Positions 18,694 through 28,340 of a stretch of 64,000 bases of DNA are shown here, one piece after another. Below the pieces are notes generated by a model. It was given only the letters and a program-made list of their open reading frames with translations. It was not told where the DNA came from and did no database searches. Position 1 is the first letter of the stretch, and every line of letters begins with the position of its first letter. Both the position numbers and the translations under genes were made by a program. The DNA is from Candidatus Woesearchaeota archaeon (GTDB taxonomy: Archaea; Nanobdellota; Nanobdellia; Pacearchaeales; JAHJTO01): positions 9,186 through 73,185 of the forward strand of contig CAZIKY010000003.1 of assembly GCA_964540065.1 (NCBI GenBank), read 5' to 3'.

Positions 18694-18709
18694 AGGATTG
18701 ATCCGGAAA

Positions 18710-19885
18710 ATGATGCTTACTGAAAAACACAGGCCTAAAAAAATTTCAGAGATAGTCGGGCAAAGAGAGGGCATTTCAAAAGTCCTCAGTTTTCTAAAGA
18801 AAAGCGGAAAGGCAGCGATTCTCCACGGCCCGGTAGGTTGCGGGAAAACTTCTGCAGTCCATGCAATCGCTTCAGAGTTAGGATATGAAGTCATAGAGTT
18901 GAATGCCGGAGACCTGAGAAATAGGGAAAGCATAAAGAACATAATCGGAAATGCAGTAGCACAAAAAAGCCTATTCTTTGAAAAGAAAATAATCCTCATA
19001 GATGAAATAGATAATTTGACAAGCCAGGATTATGGGGGATCGGGAGAGATCATATCTGTGATTTCATCAACGAAATATCCAGTGATCATGTGTGCGAATA
19101 AGCCTTTTGAAAAAAAGCTTATGAATCTTAGAAAGAAATGTGAGATGATTGAATTCAAAAGAGTCAGTCCAAGAGAGGTTTATGAGCTCCTCAAAAAAGT
19201 GTGTGCAGAAGAGGGAATCACTGCTGCAGATAACGCCCTCAAGCAGCTTTCATTATTATCTGGGGGAGATTTAAGGGCGGCTTTGAATGATCTTCAAGCT
19301 TCCGGAAAAGAGATAAACGAAGTCGCAGTAAGCAAACGGGAACAGGAAGTCAGTATCTTTAATGCCTTAAGACTGATATTTAAGGGGAGAAGCATCTCGG
19401 CGCTTAATGCCTTAGACAATATTGATGTGGACTTCAGCGAAGCGGTTCTCTGGATAGATGAAAACCTTCCTTCAGAGTATAGAAATAGGGATCTTTTCGA
19501 GGCCTACCAGGCCTTAAGCAAGGCGGATGTTTTCATGAAGAGGATAAGCAGACAGCAGCATTGGCACTTCTTAGTTTATGTTAATGCGATGCTTACTGCA
19601 GGCGTGGCATTATCAAAAAGGAAAGAGAGCAATACTTATGCCAATTACAAAAAATCAGGAAGGCTCCTGAAGCTGTGGATGTCGAACAGCTCCGGAAAGA
19701 GAGCAGTGGCAGAAAAATTCTACAAACATGTGCATTACTCGAGCAAAAAACTATTCAGGGAGCTTAGTTACCTCAAAGTTATATGTATGGATCAAAAAGT
19801 AAAAGATAATCTTGCGAAAGAGTTAAATTTAAATAAGGAAGAAGTGGAACTTCTTTTAGGACCAAATAGAAATCGTTACTTCTAA
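18710..19885 (+). CDS. rfcL: Replication factor C large subunit
   Basis: EKHRPK, GPVGCGKT, ELNAGD, IDEID, WIDEN; start taken at ATG 18710. Confidence 0.92.
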   Translation: MMLTEKHRPKKISEIVGQREGISKVLSFLKKSGKAAILHGPVGCGKTSAVHAIASELGYEVIELNAGDLRNRESIKNIIGNAVAQKSLFFEKKIILIDEIDNLTSQDYGGSGEIISVISSTKYPVIMCANKPFEKKLMNLRKKCEMIEFKRVSPREVYELLKKVCAEEGITAADNALKQLSLLSGGDLRAALNDLQASGKEINEVAVSKREQEVSIFNALRLIFKGRSISALNALDNIDVDFSEAVLWIDENLPSEYRNRDLFEAYQALSKADVFMKRISRQQHWHFLVYVNAMLTAGVALSKRKESNTYANYKKSGRLLKLWMSNSSGKRAVAEKFYKHVHYSSKKLFRELSYLKVICMDQKVKDNLAKELNLNKEEVELLLGPNRNRYF

Positions 19886-19914
19886 AAAAGTGAAGAGTTA
19901 TTTGGATTAAAAAG

Positions 19915-20343
19915 ATGAAAATATCTGAAATAAAAAACAACCAAGGAAGCATAAACGTCGAAGCAGACGTAGTTGAAGTCGGCCCTGTAAGGGAGTTTAA
20001 CAAGTACGGAAAAAACTTGAGAGTTGCAAATGCAGTTCTTATGGATGAAAGCGGAAAGATAAAACTCACTTTGTGGAATGATGAAATAAGCAAGGTCCAT
20101 GAAGGCGACAGGGTAAAAATTACAAATGGCTATGCAAAAGCTTTCCAGGATGAACTCCAGCTTACAGCAGGAAAATTCGGAAAGATTGAAGTCGTTGGTA
20201 AGGCGCAGGGAAACTATTCTGACGAAAAATCAGAAGAAGCTGAAAGCGAAGGTGTAGAAACGGAAAAAGTAAGAAAAAACTTCGATGACAGCGAAGATGA
20301 AGATGAAGACTACGACAGCACGTCTGATGAAGAAGAGTGGTAG
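19915..20343 (+). CDS. ssb: Single-OB-fold ssDNA-binding protein with acidic tail
   Basis: VANAVLMDESGKIKLTLWND OB fold; D/E-rich C-terminus ending EEEW. Confidence 0.88.
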   Translation: MKISEIKNNQGSINVEADVVEVGPVREFNKYGKNLRVANAVLMDESGKIKLTLWNDEISKVHEGDRVKITNGYAKAFQDELQLTAGKFGKIEVVGKAQGNYSDEKSEEAESEGVETEKVRKNFDDSEDEDEDYDSTSDEEEW

Positions 20344-20469
20344 AATAAGTGCAAGATTTAAATACCTCTTTTGATAATCGATAACATGGTGGCAAGAAAG
20401 ATTAATGGAATGTTAATGCCTTAATTTAGTTGCTACTCAGAATTCTATTTTATCTATTCCCTTATCAAA

Positions 20470-21462
20470 ATGAAGGAAAAAGATTCTTTTCTAAAAGCGA
20501 GAAAGCATGTCTTCAAGAAGTCCAGTTTTGATTTCAAAAACAAAACTGCGATAAAAGGCCTTGATCTTTCAAAGCCCGTAACTGTAGATAAGCTCATCGA
20601 TTCTTATTTGACAACTGGCTTCCAAGCCACTAATCTTGCTTACGCTGTCAACATAATAAAGAAGATGCAGGAAGAAAAAGTCACAGTTTTTTTCGGATGC
20701 AATTCAAACATGATCACTTCTGGCCTCAGAGAGATCATAAGGTGGATGGTTGAAAATAGGAAAGTAGATATCTTCGTAACAACTGGCGGAGGAATAGAAG
20801 AAGACATTATCAAATGCTTGGGAGAGTTCTATCTTGGAAGCTTTGAAGCAGACAATGCAGAGCTCAGAGAAAAAGGAATTAACAGGACTGGAAACATCTT
20901 TGTTCCAAATGAAAGATATTTAGACTTTGAGAAATTCGTGCAGCCTATTCTCAAAGATCTCCTAGAAAGACAGAAGAAGGAAAGCCGAGCAATAGTGGCT
21001 TCCGAGCTAATATGGGAGCTTGGAAAAAGAATAAACAATAAAGACTCAGTTCTTTATCATGCATACAAAAACAAGATACCCGTATTTTGCCCTTCTATAA
21101 CTGATGGGGCCTTAGGAGATCAGATTTCATTCTTCAAATATAATAACCCTGAATTTGCAGTTGATGTCGCTGCAGACATTCAAAAGCTCGATGAAATTTC
21201 GATAACCTCTAAGAAGACAGGGATGATAACTTTGGGAAGCAGCGCGGCTAAGCACCATATAGCCAATGCAAACCAATTCAGGGGCGGGGCAGATTATGCA
21301 GTCTACATAACAACTGAAGGCGGAGAAGGCGGATCAGACTCTGGAGCTCCAGTCTCGGAGGCCATAAGCTGGGGGAAAGTCAAAGCCGAGGCAAACCATG
21401 TAAAGGTTTATGGTGATGCCACAATAATCTTCCCTATAATCGCTGCAGCCGCATTCAAATAA
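20470..21462 (+). CDS. dys: Deoxyhypusine synthase
   Basis: TGFQATNL, TGGGIEEDIIKCL, INRTGNIFVPN, DSGA..SEAISWGKV. Confidence 0.96.
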   Translation: MKEKDSFLKARKHVFKKSSFDFKNKTAIKGLDLSKPVTVDKLIDSYLTTGFQATNLAYAVNIIKKMQEEKVTVFFGCNSNMITSGLREIIRWMVENRKVDIFVTTGGGIEEDIIKCLGEFYLGSFEADNAELREKGINRTGNIFVPNERYLDFEKFVQPILKDLLERQKKESRAIVASELIWELGKRINNKDSVLYHAYKNKIPVFCPSITDGALGDQISFFKYNNPEFAVDVAADIQKLDEISITSKKTGMITLGSSAAKHHIANANQFRGGADYAVYITTEGGEGGSDSGAPVSEAISWGKVKAEANHVKVYGDATIIFPIIAAAAFK

Positions 21463-21470
21463 AATTTATT

Positions 21471-22421
21471 TTACTTCACTCTTGTAACCTTAAGAACAAC
21501 TTCTTTCCCTGCATAATCATGGTTTGCGTCTAAGTAGATGCTTTCTTCATCGAACTTAATCACTTTGGAAAGCTCTTGGTTCTCTCCAAGAGGGATTTTT
21601 ATTCCGACAGGAGGAGTTAAAGTCAAAGAGATGTATTCTGGCCCGCTCACAATCGTAAGATTTCCCCCGGGAACTTCGAGAGTCTGATCTTCTGCAGAAA
21701 GCATCGTCACAATTTTGCTTGAAGATACTTCCGAAACTACAATGAAGAAGAGATCGCTTACAGGGATTATCTGGCCTTCATTTATGTCTTGAGAAACTGT
21801 AACGCTCGATTCGTCAACTGAAGAAACACTGTAAGTCCAAGGCAGACCTTCAAGGCTGTAGTTTTTTCCCTCTACGGGCTGATCTCCGAATTGGTCTGAG
21901 AAGTCGCTTAAACTAAGGACAAATGTCCTGTTGACTTCTGCCCGTCTTAATAATTTCTCTGTTCTATTAACTTTCTCAATTTTTCCTTCACCATATTCTC
22001 CAAAAGCTTCTTCTGGAGCCAGAGTCAAAGTTAAAGATTCTCCTTCAGCAAGATTAGCGAGCCGATCGGTTATTTCCTTAGATAAAGCAAGTCCGGTTTC
22101 AGCTTTAAGATCCTCGGAGGAATCGAGTTCCGCTCTGCCTTCGTCAAATGATTCTCCGTCAAAACTTAAGGAGTAATCAAAAACATAATTTGGCTGCTTT
22201 GCTTCTACAGTATTCCCATAATTATTGGCTGCTCCGCTATAAGGAAAAACAATATAATATGCAAAGGCGATTAATGCTAAAAGGCCTACAAGAATTCCTG
22301 CAGAGTACATCAAAGTCGTGCTGTTGATCTTTTTAGCAGAAAGCTGTGCTTTTCCGCCTTTCCCATCAAGTACTGAGGGAAAAGAAGTATACCTTTCAAA
22401 AAACTCTTTTTCTTCACCCAT
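21471..22421 (-). CDS. Membrane-anchored FKBP-type (SlyD/long archaeal type) peptidyl-prolyl isomerase
   Basis: N-terminal TM helix; LTLAPEEAFGEY and LDANHDYAGK FKBP motifs around a long inserted region. Confidence 0.75.
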   Translation of the reverse strand: MGEEKEFFERYTSFPSVLDGKGGKAQLSAKKINSTTLMYSAGILVGLLALIAFAYYIVFPYSGAANNYGNTVEAKQPNYVFDYSLSFDGESFDEGRAELDSSEDLKAETGLALSKEITDRLANLAEGESLTLTLAPEEAFGEYGEGKIEKVNRTEKLLRRAEVNRTFVLSLSDFSDQFGDQPVEGKNYSLEGLPWTYSVSSVDESSVTVSQDINEGQIIPVSDLFFIVVSEVSSSKIVTMLSAEDQTLEVPGGNLTIVSGPEYISLTLTPPVGIKIPLGENQELSKVIKFDEESIYLDANHDYAGKEVVLKVTRVK

Positions 22422-22533
22422 TTTACAAAACGTTAAAAGATGCACGCTTTAAAAATCTTAACACTTCTAACACTTCAGATTGAAAACTATAAAAAGCTGA
22501 TTTTGCTCTAAATAGCAGAAAAAGAGGGAGCAA

Positions 22534-23847
22534 ATGCCATATGATGTAGTTGTCGGAAGAGACGAATCCGACAAGATAAGATTTGGGAAAGACGGCCTTA
22601 TTTATCTTGGCAAGAGCTATGTTAAAATGGGAAATACTTCATCATTAACAAACCCCATCCTTATGGATGTTGCACGATCACATGTAGTTCTCGTGGCTGG
22701 CAAACGTGGGAGTGGCAAGTCATATACGCTGGGAGTAATTGCAGAGGAGCTCGCAAGCCTGCCGGATGAAGTTTCTCAAAATCTCGCTACACTTATATTC
22801 GATACAATGGGTATTTTCTGGACGATGACTTATGCGAATGAGAAGGAAAAAGATCTTCTGAAAAGCTGGGACATAAAGGCTAAAAAACTTCCGGTAAGAA
22901 TCTTAGTCCCAGAGGGATATGCAAGCTATTACAAGGATCTTGGGATTCCGGTAACAAAGAGTTTTGCTTTCAAAGCAAGCGACCTTAGTGCAGATGACTG
23001 GACCTCTACCTTTGGTTTGGACTTCCTTCATCCGGCTTCCATCGCCATAGAAAAAGTTGTTGCAAAGATGCATGAAAGAAAGAGGGAATATGACCTTGAT
23101 GAAATGATCGATGAAATCAAAGATCAGAGAGATACTGCTGCTGAAGCCAAGTCTTCAGCGATCAATTTGCTTGAAGCTGCAAAAACTTGGGGGATTTTCG
23201 TCAAGAAAGGAGAAAAGGGCACAGAAATAAGCGAGCTTATCGAAGGCGGAAAGACTTCAGTTTTGGATCTTAGTACATACAGCAGCACCGGAACATTTAA
23301 TGTTCGTGCATTGGTCATTGGGCTTGTGACAAAAAAACTGTTCAATGAAAGAATGCTCATGAGGAAAAAGGAAGAAGTAGAAGCAGTGGAACATGGGCTT
23401 GATTATCTCAGATATAAAGAAAAGCGAGAAATGCCCCTTGTCTGGCTACTTATAGATGAACTGCATGAATTCCTTCCAGAAGTCGGAAAAACTCCTGCAA
23501 CGGATGCCCTAATACAATTGCTGCGTGAAGGAAGACAGCCTGGAATAAGCCTTGCAGGGGCAACTCAGCAGCCGGGAAAAGTCCATACAGATGTTTGGAC
23601 CCAGTCAGATATAGTTATCTCCCATAGGGTTACTGCAAAGCCAGATGTTCAAGCACTCAGCACAATAATGCAGACTTATCTCGCTGAAGACATTCAGGCC
23701 TACATGAATCAGCTGCCAAATCTAAAGGGGAGCGCATTAGTCCTTGATGATAACTCTGAAAGAATTTATCCTATCAGGACAAGAGCCAGGTTCACTTGGC
23801 ATGGCGGGGAATCTCCCACTTCTGTAAAAATAAAGAAAAGAATTTAA
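22534..23847 (+). CDS. HerA/FtsK-like (DUF87) P-loop ATPase
   Basis: GKRGSGKS Walker A, LLIDELHEF Walker B, GRQPGISLAGATQQP. Confidence 0.85.
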   Translation: MPYDVVVGRDESDKIRFGKDGLIYLGKSYVKMGNTSSLTNPILMDVARSHVVLVAGKRGSGKSYTLGVIAEELASLPDEVSQNLATLIFDTMGIFWTMTYANEKEKDLLKSWDIKAKKLPVRILVPEGYASYYKDLGIPVTKSFAFKASDLSADDWTSTFGLDFLHPASIAIEKVVAKMHERKREYDLDEMIDEIKDQRDTAAEAKSSAINLLEAAKTWGIFVKKGEKGTEISELIEGGKTSVLDLSTYSSTGTFNVRALVIGLVTKKLFNERMLMRKKEEVEAVEHGLDYLRYKEKREMPLVWLLIDELHEFLPEVGKTPATDALIQLLREGRQPGISLAGATQQPGKVHTDVWTQSDIVISHRVTAKPDVQALSTIMQTYLAEDIQAYMNQLPNLKGSALVLDDNSERIYPIRTRARFTWHGGESPTSVKIKKRI

Positions 23848-23852
23848 TACGG

Positions 23853-24185
23853 CTAGCGTGATACTCCAATAATTTTCTTCTTCCCATTTATTTCAAGAAT
23901 AAATGCAAGATTATATTCCCGTTCTTGTGGCCTGCCTTCATAGACTATAACTTTACCTTCCCTCACTTCCATCCGGGATTTTCTTTCTGGACTGACTTGG
24001 AAGCCTTTAGCAAATAATAGGCTATCTAAATTCCTTCCAGAGACCGCAGATTTTTCAACCCCTTTAATCAGATCTGCTTCAACAGATTTGTCAGACTCAT
24101 AATAGCTTACACTGTCATAAATTATTTTAGAACAATCCATGAGGGCCGCTCTTGTAACAACATATTCCCCATCCGGCATAAACAA
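23853..24185 (-). CDS. Hypothetical protein
   Basis: 110-aa ORF filling gap, no recognised motif. Confidence 0.55.
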   Translation of the reverse strand: MFMPDGEYVVTRAALMDCSKIIYDSVSYYESDKSVEADLIKGVEKSAVSGRNLDSLLFAKGFQVSPERKSRMEVREGKVIVYEGRPQEREYNLAFILEINGKKKIIGVSR

Positions 24186-24300
24186 GAAGATAAAACGAAA
24201 TATAAATAGATTTTATATATGGAATATATACCCAAAAAGCAAAAAGTTCTTCAAAACATTTATATCCTATATTTACTGGCTCTTAAAAGAGGTGAAAGAA

Positions 24301-25506
24301 TTGGCTTTTAGAAAACTCGGGCAAAAATTAAAGCTGAACAGCAAAAACGAAAAAAGCATTTTCTACGGGATAACCGTTAATGTCCTCCTCCTCGGACTAA
24401 CTTCTTTGTTAATGGATGTAAGCGGGGAGATAATCACAGCAATCCTTCCTTTGTTTCTTGCCTCTCTCGGGGCAGGAGCAGTGGTTATTGGCCTTGTTGG
24501 AGGAATAAGTGATTCCGTAGTAAGCATCTTCAAGGTTCTTTCAGGATACTGGTCGGACAAAACAGGAAAGAGAAAGCCTTTTGTATTATTTGGTTACACC
24601 TTCTCAAGCTTATCGAGGTTCTTCATAGCAATTTCAACAACCTGGCCGATGATTCTATTTTTCAGGCCGATGGAAAGGCTTGGAAAGGGAGTAAGAGATC
24701 CCCCAAGGGATGCTCTGCTTGCAGAAACTACGATGAGAAAAGTCCATGGAAGGGTTTTTGGCTTCCATCAGGCCCTTGACAACGCGGGAGCAGTTATAGG
24801 TTCTGCCTTGGCGTTCATTTTCTTGCTAATTGGATTGAAATTTAGGCTGGCTTTAATGATCGCAGCCATAATTGCAATCACTTCAATAATCCCCCTTTTT
24901 GCAGTTAAAGAGAAAAGAAAGTTAGTTAAAAAAATTACATTAAAGGTTGGCTTGAAAGGCCTTTCAAAGAGATTCAAAATATTCTTGATTATAGTGACCC
25001 TCTTCGCATTAGGAAACTTCAGCTACATGTTTTTTATATTAAAAGCACAAACAGTCTTCAATAATTTAACAACGCCTTTGCTCCTTTTCTTCATCCACAA
25101 TATATTCTACGTAGTTTTCACAATTCCTGGAGGAATCCTCTCCGATAAAATTGGCAGAAAGAAAGTCCTAATCGTAGGTTATTTCCTTTTCGCATTGGCA
25201 TTTTTAGGATTTGCATTAATCTCTTCAACTTTCACCCAGTTCTTGATAATTTTCTCTCTTTACGGCCTGGCAAAAGCGCTCGTAGAATCTAATCAAAGAG
25301 CCCTAGCCTCAGATCTTGCATCCAAGGAGCTTGGAACAGCGCTTGGAACTTTCCATATGGCTATAGGCTTGGCTGCACTCCCTGCAGGATTGATCGCAGG
25401 AGCATTATGGGAATCCATAAACACCTCGGCACCATTCTTTTACGGAGCAGTTGTCTCATTTGCCGCAGCATTATGGTTCTATATTGATAGAAAGATAAAG
25501 ATCTGA
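24301..25506 (+). CDS. MFS transporter
   Basis: TTG start 24301 with GAGGTGA SD; about 12 TM segments; GYWSDKTGKRK and GILSDKIGRK MFS motif A. Confidence 0.9.
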   Translation: MAFRKLGQKLKLNSKNEKSIFYGITVNVLLLGLTSLLMDVSGEIITAILPLFLASLGAGAVVIGLVGGISDSVVSIFKVLSGYWSDKTGKRKPFVLFGYTFSSLSRFFIAISTTWPMILFFRPMERLGKGVRDPPRDALLAETTMRKVHGRVFGFHQALDNAGAVIGSALAFIFLLIGLKFRLALMIAAIIAITSIIPLFAVKEKRKLVKKITLKVGLKGLSKRFKIFLIIVTLFALGNFSYMFFILKAQTVFNNLTTPLLLFFIHNIFYVVFTIPGGILSDKIGRKKVLIVGYFLFALAFLGFALISSTFTQFLIIFSLYGLAKALVESNQRALASDLASKELGTALGTFHMAIGLAALPAGLIAGALWESINTSAPFFYGAVVSFAAALWFYIDRKIKI

Positions 25507-25513
25507 AGCCAAA

Positions 25514-26356
25514 CTAAAAAACCATAAAATCCACGCGGACACGGTATTTTCCTGGACCAATATCTCCTGCATATTTCCATCTAAGGAGCCTATAATGGTT
25601 CGGATGATTCTTTATCTTTGAAGCAGATTCTTCAAGTTTCTTTAATGTCGAATCGGGAATCTCTTCTTCCGGAAGGAAATCGTGATAGTTTACAACAGTT
25701 CCATCCTTGGCGGCAGCAAAAGCTTCTTTCAAGAAAGTTTCTTTAAGGTTGGGCCTCGCCATAACAATCCTATCAAATTTCCCAACTTTCTTGACTAGTT
25801 TCGGAATTATCCTTTTAACATCTCCCTGAATTACATGGACATTTTTCAGTTTATTCAGCCGAACATTCTCTTCAGCATACTTCGAAGCCTTTCTGTTCAG
25901 TTCAACAGCATAAACTTCTTTTGCCCTTGAATTCTTGGCAATAACAATTGGATAAGGCCCGACTCCGGAAAAAAGCGCTAGAACTTTCTCTCCAGACTTG
26001 ACCTGTTTAGCAATGTCGAGCCGATCATTGCTGAGCCTCGGAGAAAAATAACATGTTTCAACATCGAGCTTGAATCTGCATCCGGACTCTCTATGCTCTG
26101 TCTCTTTGCTTTTTTCTCCTGCCAGCCATTTTAGCTTCCTCGTCCTAAGCCTCCCGCTGACTTTTCCAGCTTTTTTATAGGCTGACTTAAGATTTTTATG
26201 CTTCTCAAGCAGTGTCGAGGCGATAACTTTCTCCTTCTTCTTCAGCTCATTTGGAATGTCGATAATTGCTATGCTTCCAATTGTGTCAAAGGAGCGGTGA
26301 AGCATATCAAGCTCTTTATGATTAAGCTTTCCTTTCAAGGCCTCTTTTAGATTCAT
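25514..26356 (-). CDS. trm5: Trm5/Taw2-family tRNA methyltransferase (position 37)
   Basis: FDTIGSIAII, YFSPRL, LFSGVGPY, AVELN; motif IV atypical (MARP). Confidence 0.8.
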   Translation of the reverse strand: MNLKEALKGKLNHKELDMLHRSFDTIGSIAIIDIPNELKKKEKVIASTLLEKHKNLKSAYKKAGKVSGRLRTRKLKWLAGEKSKETEHRESGCRFKLDVETCYFSPRLSNDRLDIAKQVKSGEKVLALFSGVGPYPIVIAKNSRAKEVYAVELNRKASKYAEENVRLNKLKNVHVIQGDVKRIIPKLVKKVGKFDRIVMARPNLKETFLKEAFAAAKDGTVVNYHDFLPEEEIPDSTLKKLEESASKIKNHPNHYRLLRWKYAGDIGPGKYRVRVDFMVF

Positions 26357-26451
26357 GGCAATTTGAAGAAGCGTTTCTTTAAATCCTTATCGACAAGCAC
26401 GGAAAACATATTTAAACTTCTTTAAGCTAATAAAAGCGGAAAAAGAGGAAA

Positions 26452-26673
26452 ATGAAGCCAAGAATAGTTCTGTTTTTTGTTGGAACCCTGGTATTGATAA
26501 TGGGTGCTGCGCCCTTGATTGCGCAAGCAATTCCTGCAGCTAAAAACTGGATCACAGACCTTCCTCCGGCAGGAAGCGCATTATACCAATCAATCTTGAC
26601 CATTCTTGGAGTAATAGCCTTAAGCTATGCCCTCCGCGGAGAAGGCAAAAGGATCAAAAAGAAGGAAGAATAA
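26452..26673 (+). CDS. Small two-TM membrane protein
   Basis: Two hydrophobic helices, basic tail, GAGG SD upstream. Confidence 0.7.
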   Translation: MKPRIVLFFVGTLVLIMGAAPLIAQAIPAAKNWITDLPPAGSALYQSILTILGVIALSYALRGEGKRIKKKEE

Positions 26674-26748
26674 CCTCGAACAAGAGTAGCAACAAACAAA
26701 AACATGGTCGAACGTCAAATATTTAAAGGGAAATTGCAGAGTAATAAC

Positions 26749-27681
26749 ATGAAAAAGAGTGGAATTGTTTTAGCCCTTTTATTCTCGTTAATTCTAGTTT
26801 CGGGATTAGTTGCAGCACAGGAAATACCTGTTCCTGCGACCGAGCTCGGGGCTCCAGAGTTGCCTGCACTCACCCAAGGAACCTTTGCAAAGTTCGTTTA
26901 TGATGCAATAAGTTCTGTTTTTAATTTAGTGGGGGAAGTGCTGTTTAATACGGATGTAGGGGGAGCATTCTACACTAAAGTTTTAGTCTTCATTTTGATC
27001 TTTATGGTCCTTTATCCCGTCGCAAAGAGGGTTAAGCTTGGAGGTGACAATGAAAATGTCAATATGATTATTGCCTTAATCGTTTCTGTCCTTGGAGTCA
27101 GATTCCTTACAGATAAACTAGTAAATCTTATACTTATCCCTTATGGAGTTCTGGCAATAACAATCAGCTCAATAATCCCTTTGATACTCCTTTATACTTT
27201 TTCAGAGTCGGCTCTTAAGGACCATAAATGGATGCAGAAAATACTTTGGACCCTCGCAGCAGTTTCGTTTATAGGTTTATGGATACATAGATTCTCATCT
27301 GTCGGTGCAGCAGCAAACCTATATCTGATAACTGCATTCATCTGCCTGATTATGCTGATTTATGAGAAGAAGCTTACCGTTCACAGCCTGATTTATGGGC
27401 ATCTTTCCGCAGCGATATTAAATACAGAAATTTTAATCTCAAACCTTGGAAAACAGTATGCAGAAGCATTGGATGCAGACGATTATGATTTGGCAGATAA
27501 AATAAATAGAAGAATAGAGGCTAAAAACCAGGAACTAGAAATGCTGAGGAACAAGGCCAGACCTTCATGGCTAAGACCTGCAGTTTGGGGAATAGTTATC
27601 ATTTTGGGATTATATATCGCATATATCCTGCAGTCTGGGGGTCTTGTAAAAGGCCTAACAGATGTATTCAACTTCGGATAA
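26749..27681 (+). CDS. Multi-pass membrane protein with signal peptide
   Basis: VAA/QE signal cleavage, multiple TM helices, coiled-coil segment; start taken at MKKSG. Confidence 0.75.
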   Translation: MKKSGIVLALLFSLILVSGLVAAQEIPVPATELGAPELPALTQGTFAKFVYDAISSVFNLVGEVLFNTDVGGAFYTKVLVFILIFMVLYPVAKRVKLGGDNENVNMIIALIVSVLGVRFLTDKLVNLILIPYGVLAITISSIIPLILLYTFSESALKDHKWMQKILWTLAAVSFIGLWIHRFSSVGAAANLYLITAFICLIMLIYEKKLTVHSLIYGHLSAAILNTEILISNLGKQYAEALDADDYDLADKINRRIEAKNQELEMLRNKARPSWLRPAVWGIVIILGLYIAYILQSGGLVKGLTDVFNFG

Positions 27682-27682
27682 G

Positions 27683-28312
27683 ATGCCCGAAATAAATTCT
27701 TTCTTAGCCTACCTGATTTATATTTTTGACCAGGTTGTCTCCTTTTCGACAGAGATCTTAGCATTTGTTTTCTTCAATGGAGATGTGATCATCCAAAAGA
27801 CATTTATTTTCATAATCCTCTCTATCGCCCTTTCATTAGTCTTTATGAGGTTGATAAACTCTTCAGGGAGAGCAATGTTTGTAGCTTTGGCCGCTTCAGC
27901 CATAGGAGTATCTGCATTGCCTAACAGCGTTGTACTTTTAATTCTCTCATTTTGGACTCCCGTTTATGTGGCAATTTTCGCGTCACTAATCTTTTTTCTT
28001 GCAACAATCTTTTTTTCTACTGACTGGAGAATAAGAAGATTCCTTTTAATAGTGCTCTTATCGGCTTCATTAATCAAATGGTTTTATTATGAAGGAGACA
28101 TTGCTTATGCAGGTATTGCAATTATTGCTATCTTGCTTTTAGTATTTGATAGGCCCATACACCTCCTATTAATTAAGATTAGAGAAAAAGTAAGAAAAAG
28201 CAGGATACAATCGGTAAGAGAAAGGATAAAGGCTAAAAAAGAAGCTGAAGCAATAGAATTGGGGGCAACAATGGAAGAAGCCGAAGAGTATGGGGAAGAG
28301 GAATCATCCTAG
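27683..28312 (+). CDS. Multi-pass membrane protein, probable paralog of upstream gene
   Basis: Multiple TM helices with similar spacing; charged C-terminus. Confidence 0.7.
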   Translation: MPEINSFLAYLIYIFDQVVSFSTEILAFVFFNGDVIIQKTFIFIILSIALSLVFMRLINSSGRAMFVALAASAIGVSALPNSVVLLILSFWTPVYVAIFASLIFFLATIFFSTDWRIRRFLLIVLLSASLIKWFYYEGDIAYAGIAIIAILLLVFDRPIHLLLIKIREKVRKSRIQSVRERIKAKKEAEAIELGATMEEAEEYGEEESS

Positions 28313-28340
28313 ATTTGCATCTAATTGTTAAAAATATAAA

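Noticed and set aside
18623-18709. Ser-rich N-terminus of RFC large subunit
   Set aside because: It overlaps the rfcS 3' end; homology begins at MMLTEKHRP (18710)
22459-22476. TAACACTTC tandem duplication in the FKBP/HerA divergent promoter
   Set aside because: Only two 9-bp copies in AT-rich intergenic DNA; plausible by chance
24139-24300. Extended N-terminus of the MFS transporter
   Set aside because: It spans a divergent promoter region; TTG 24301 has a strong GAGGTGA SD
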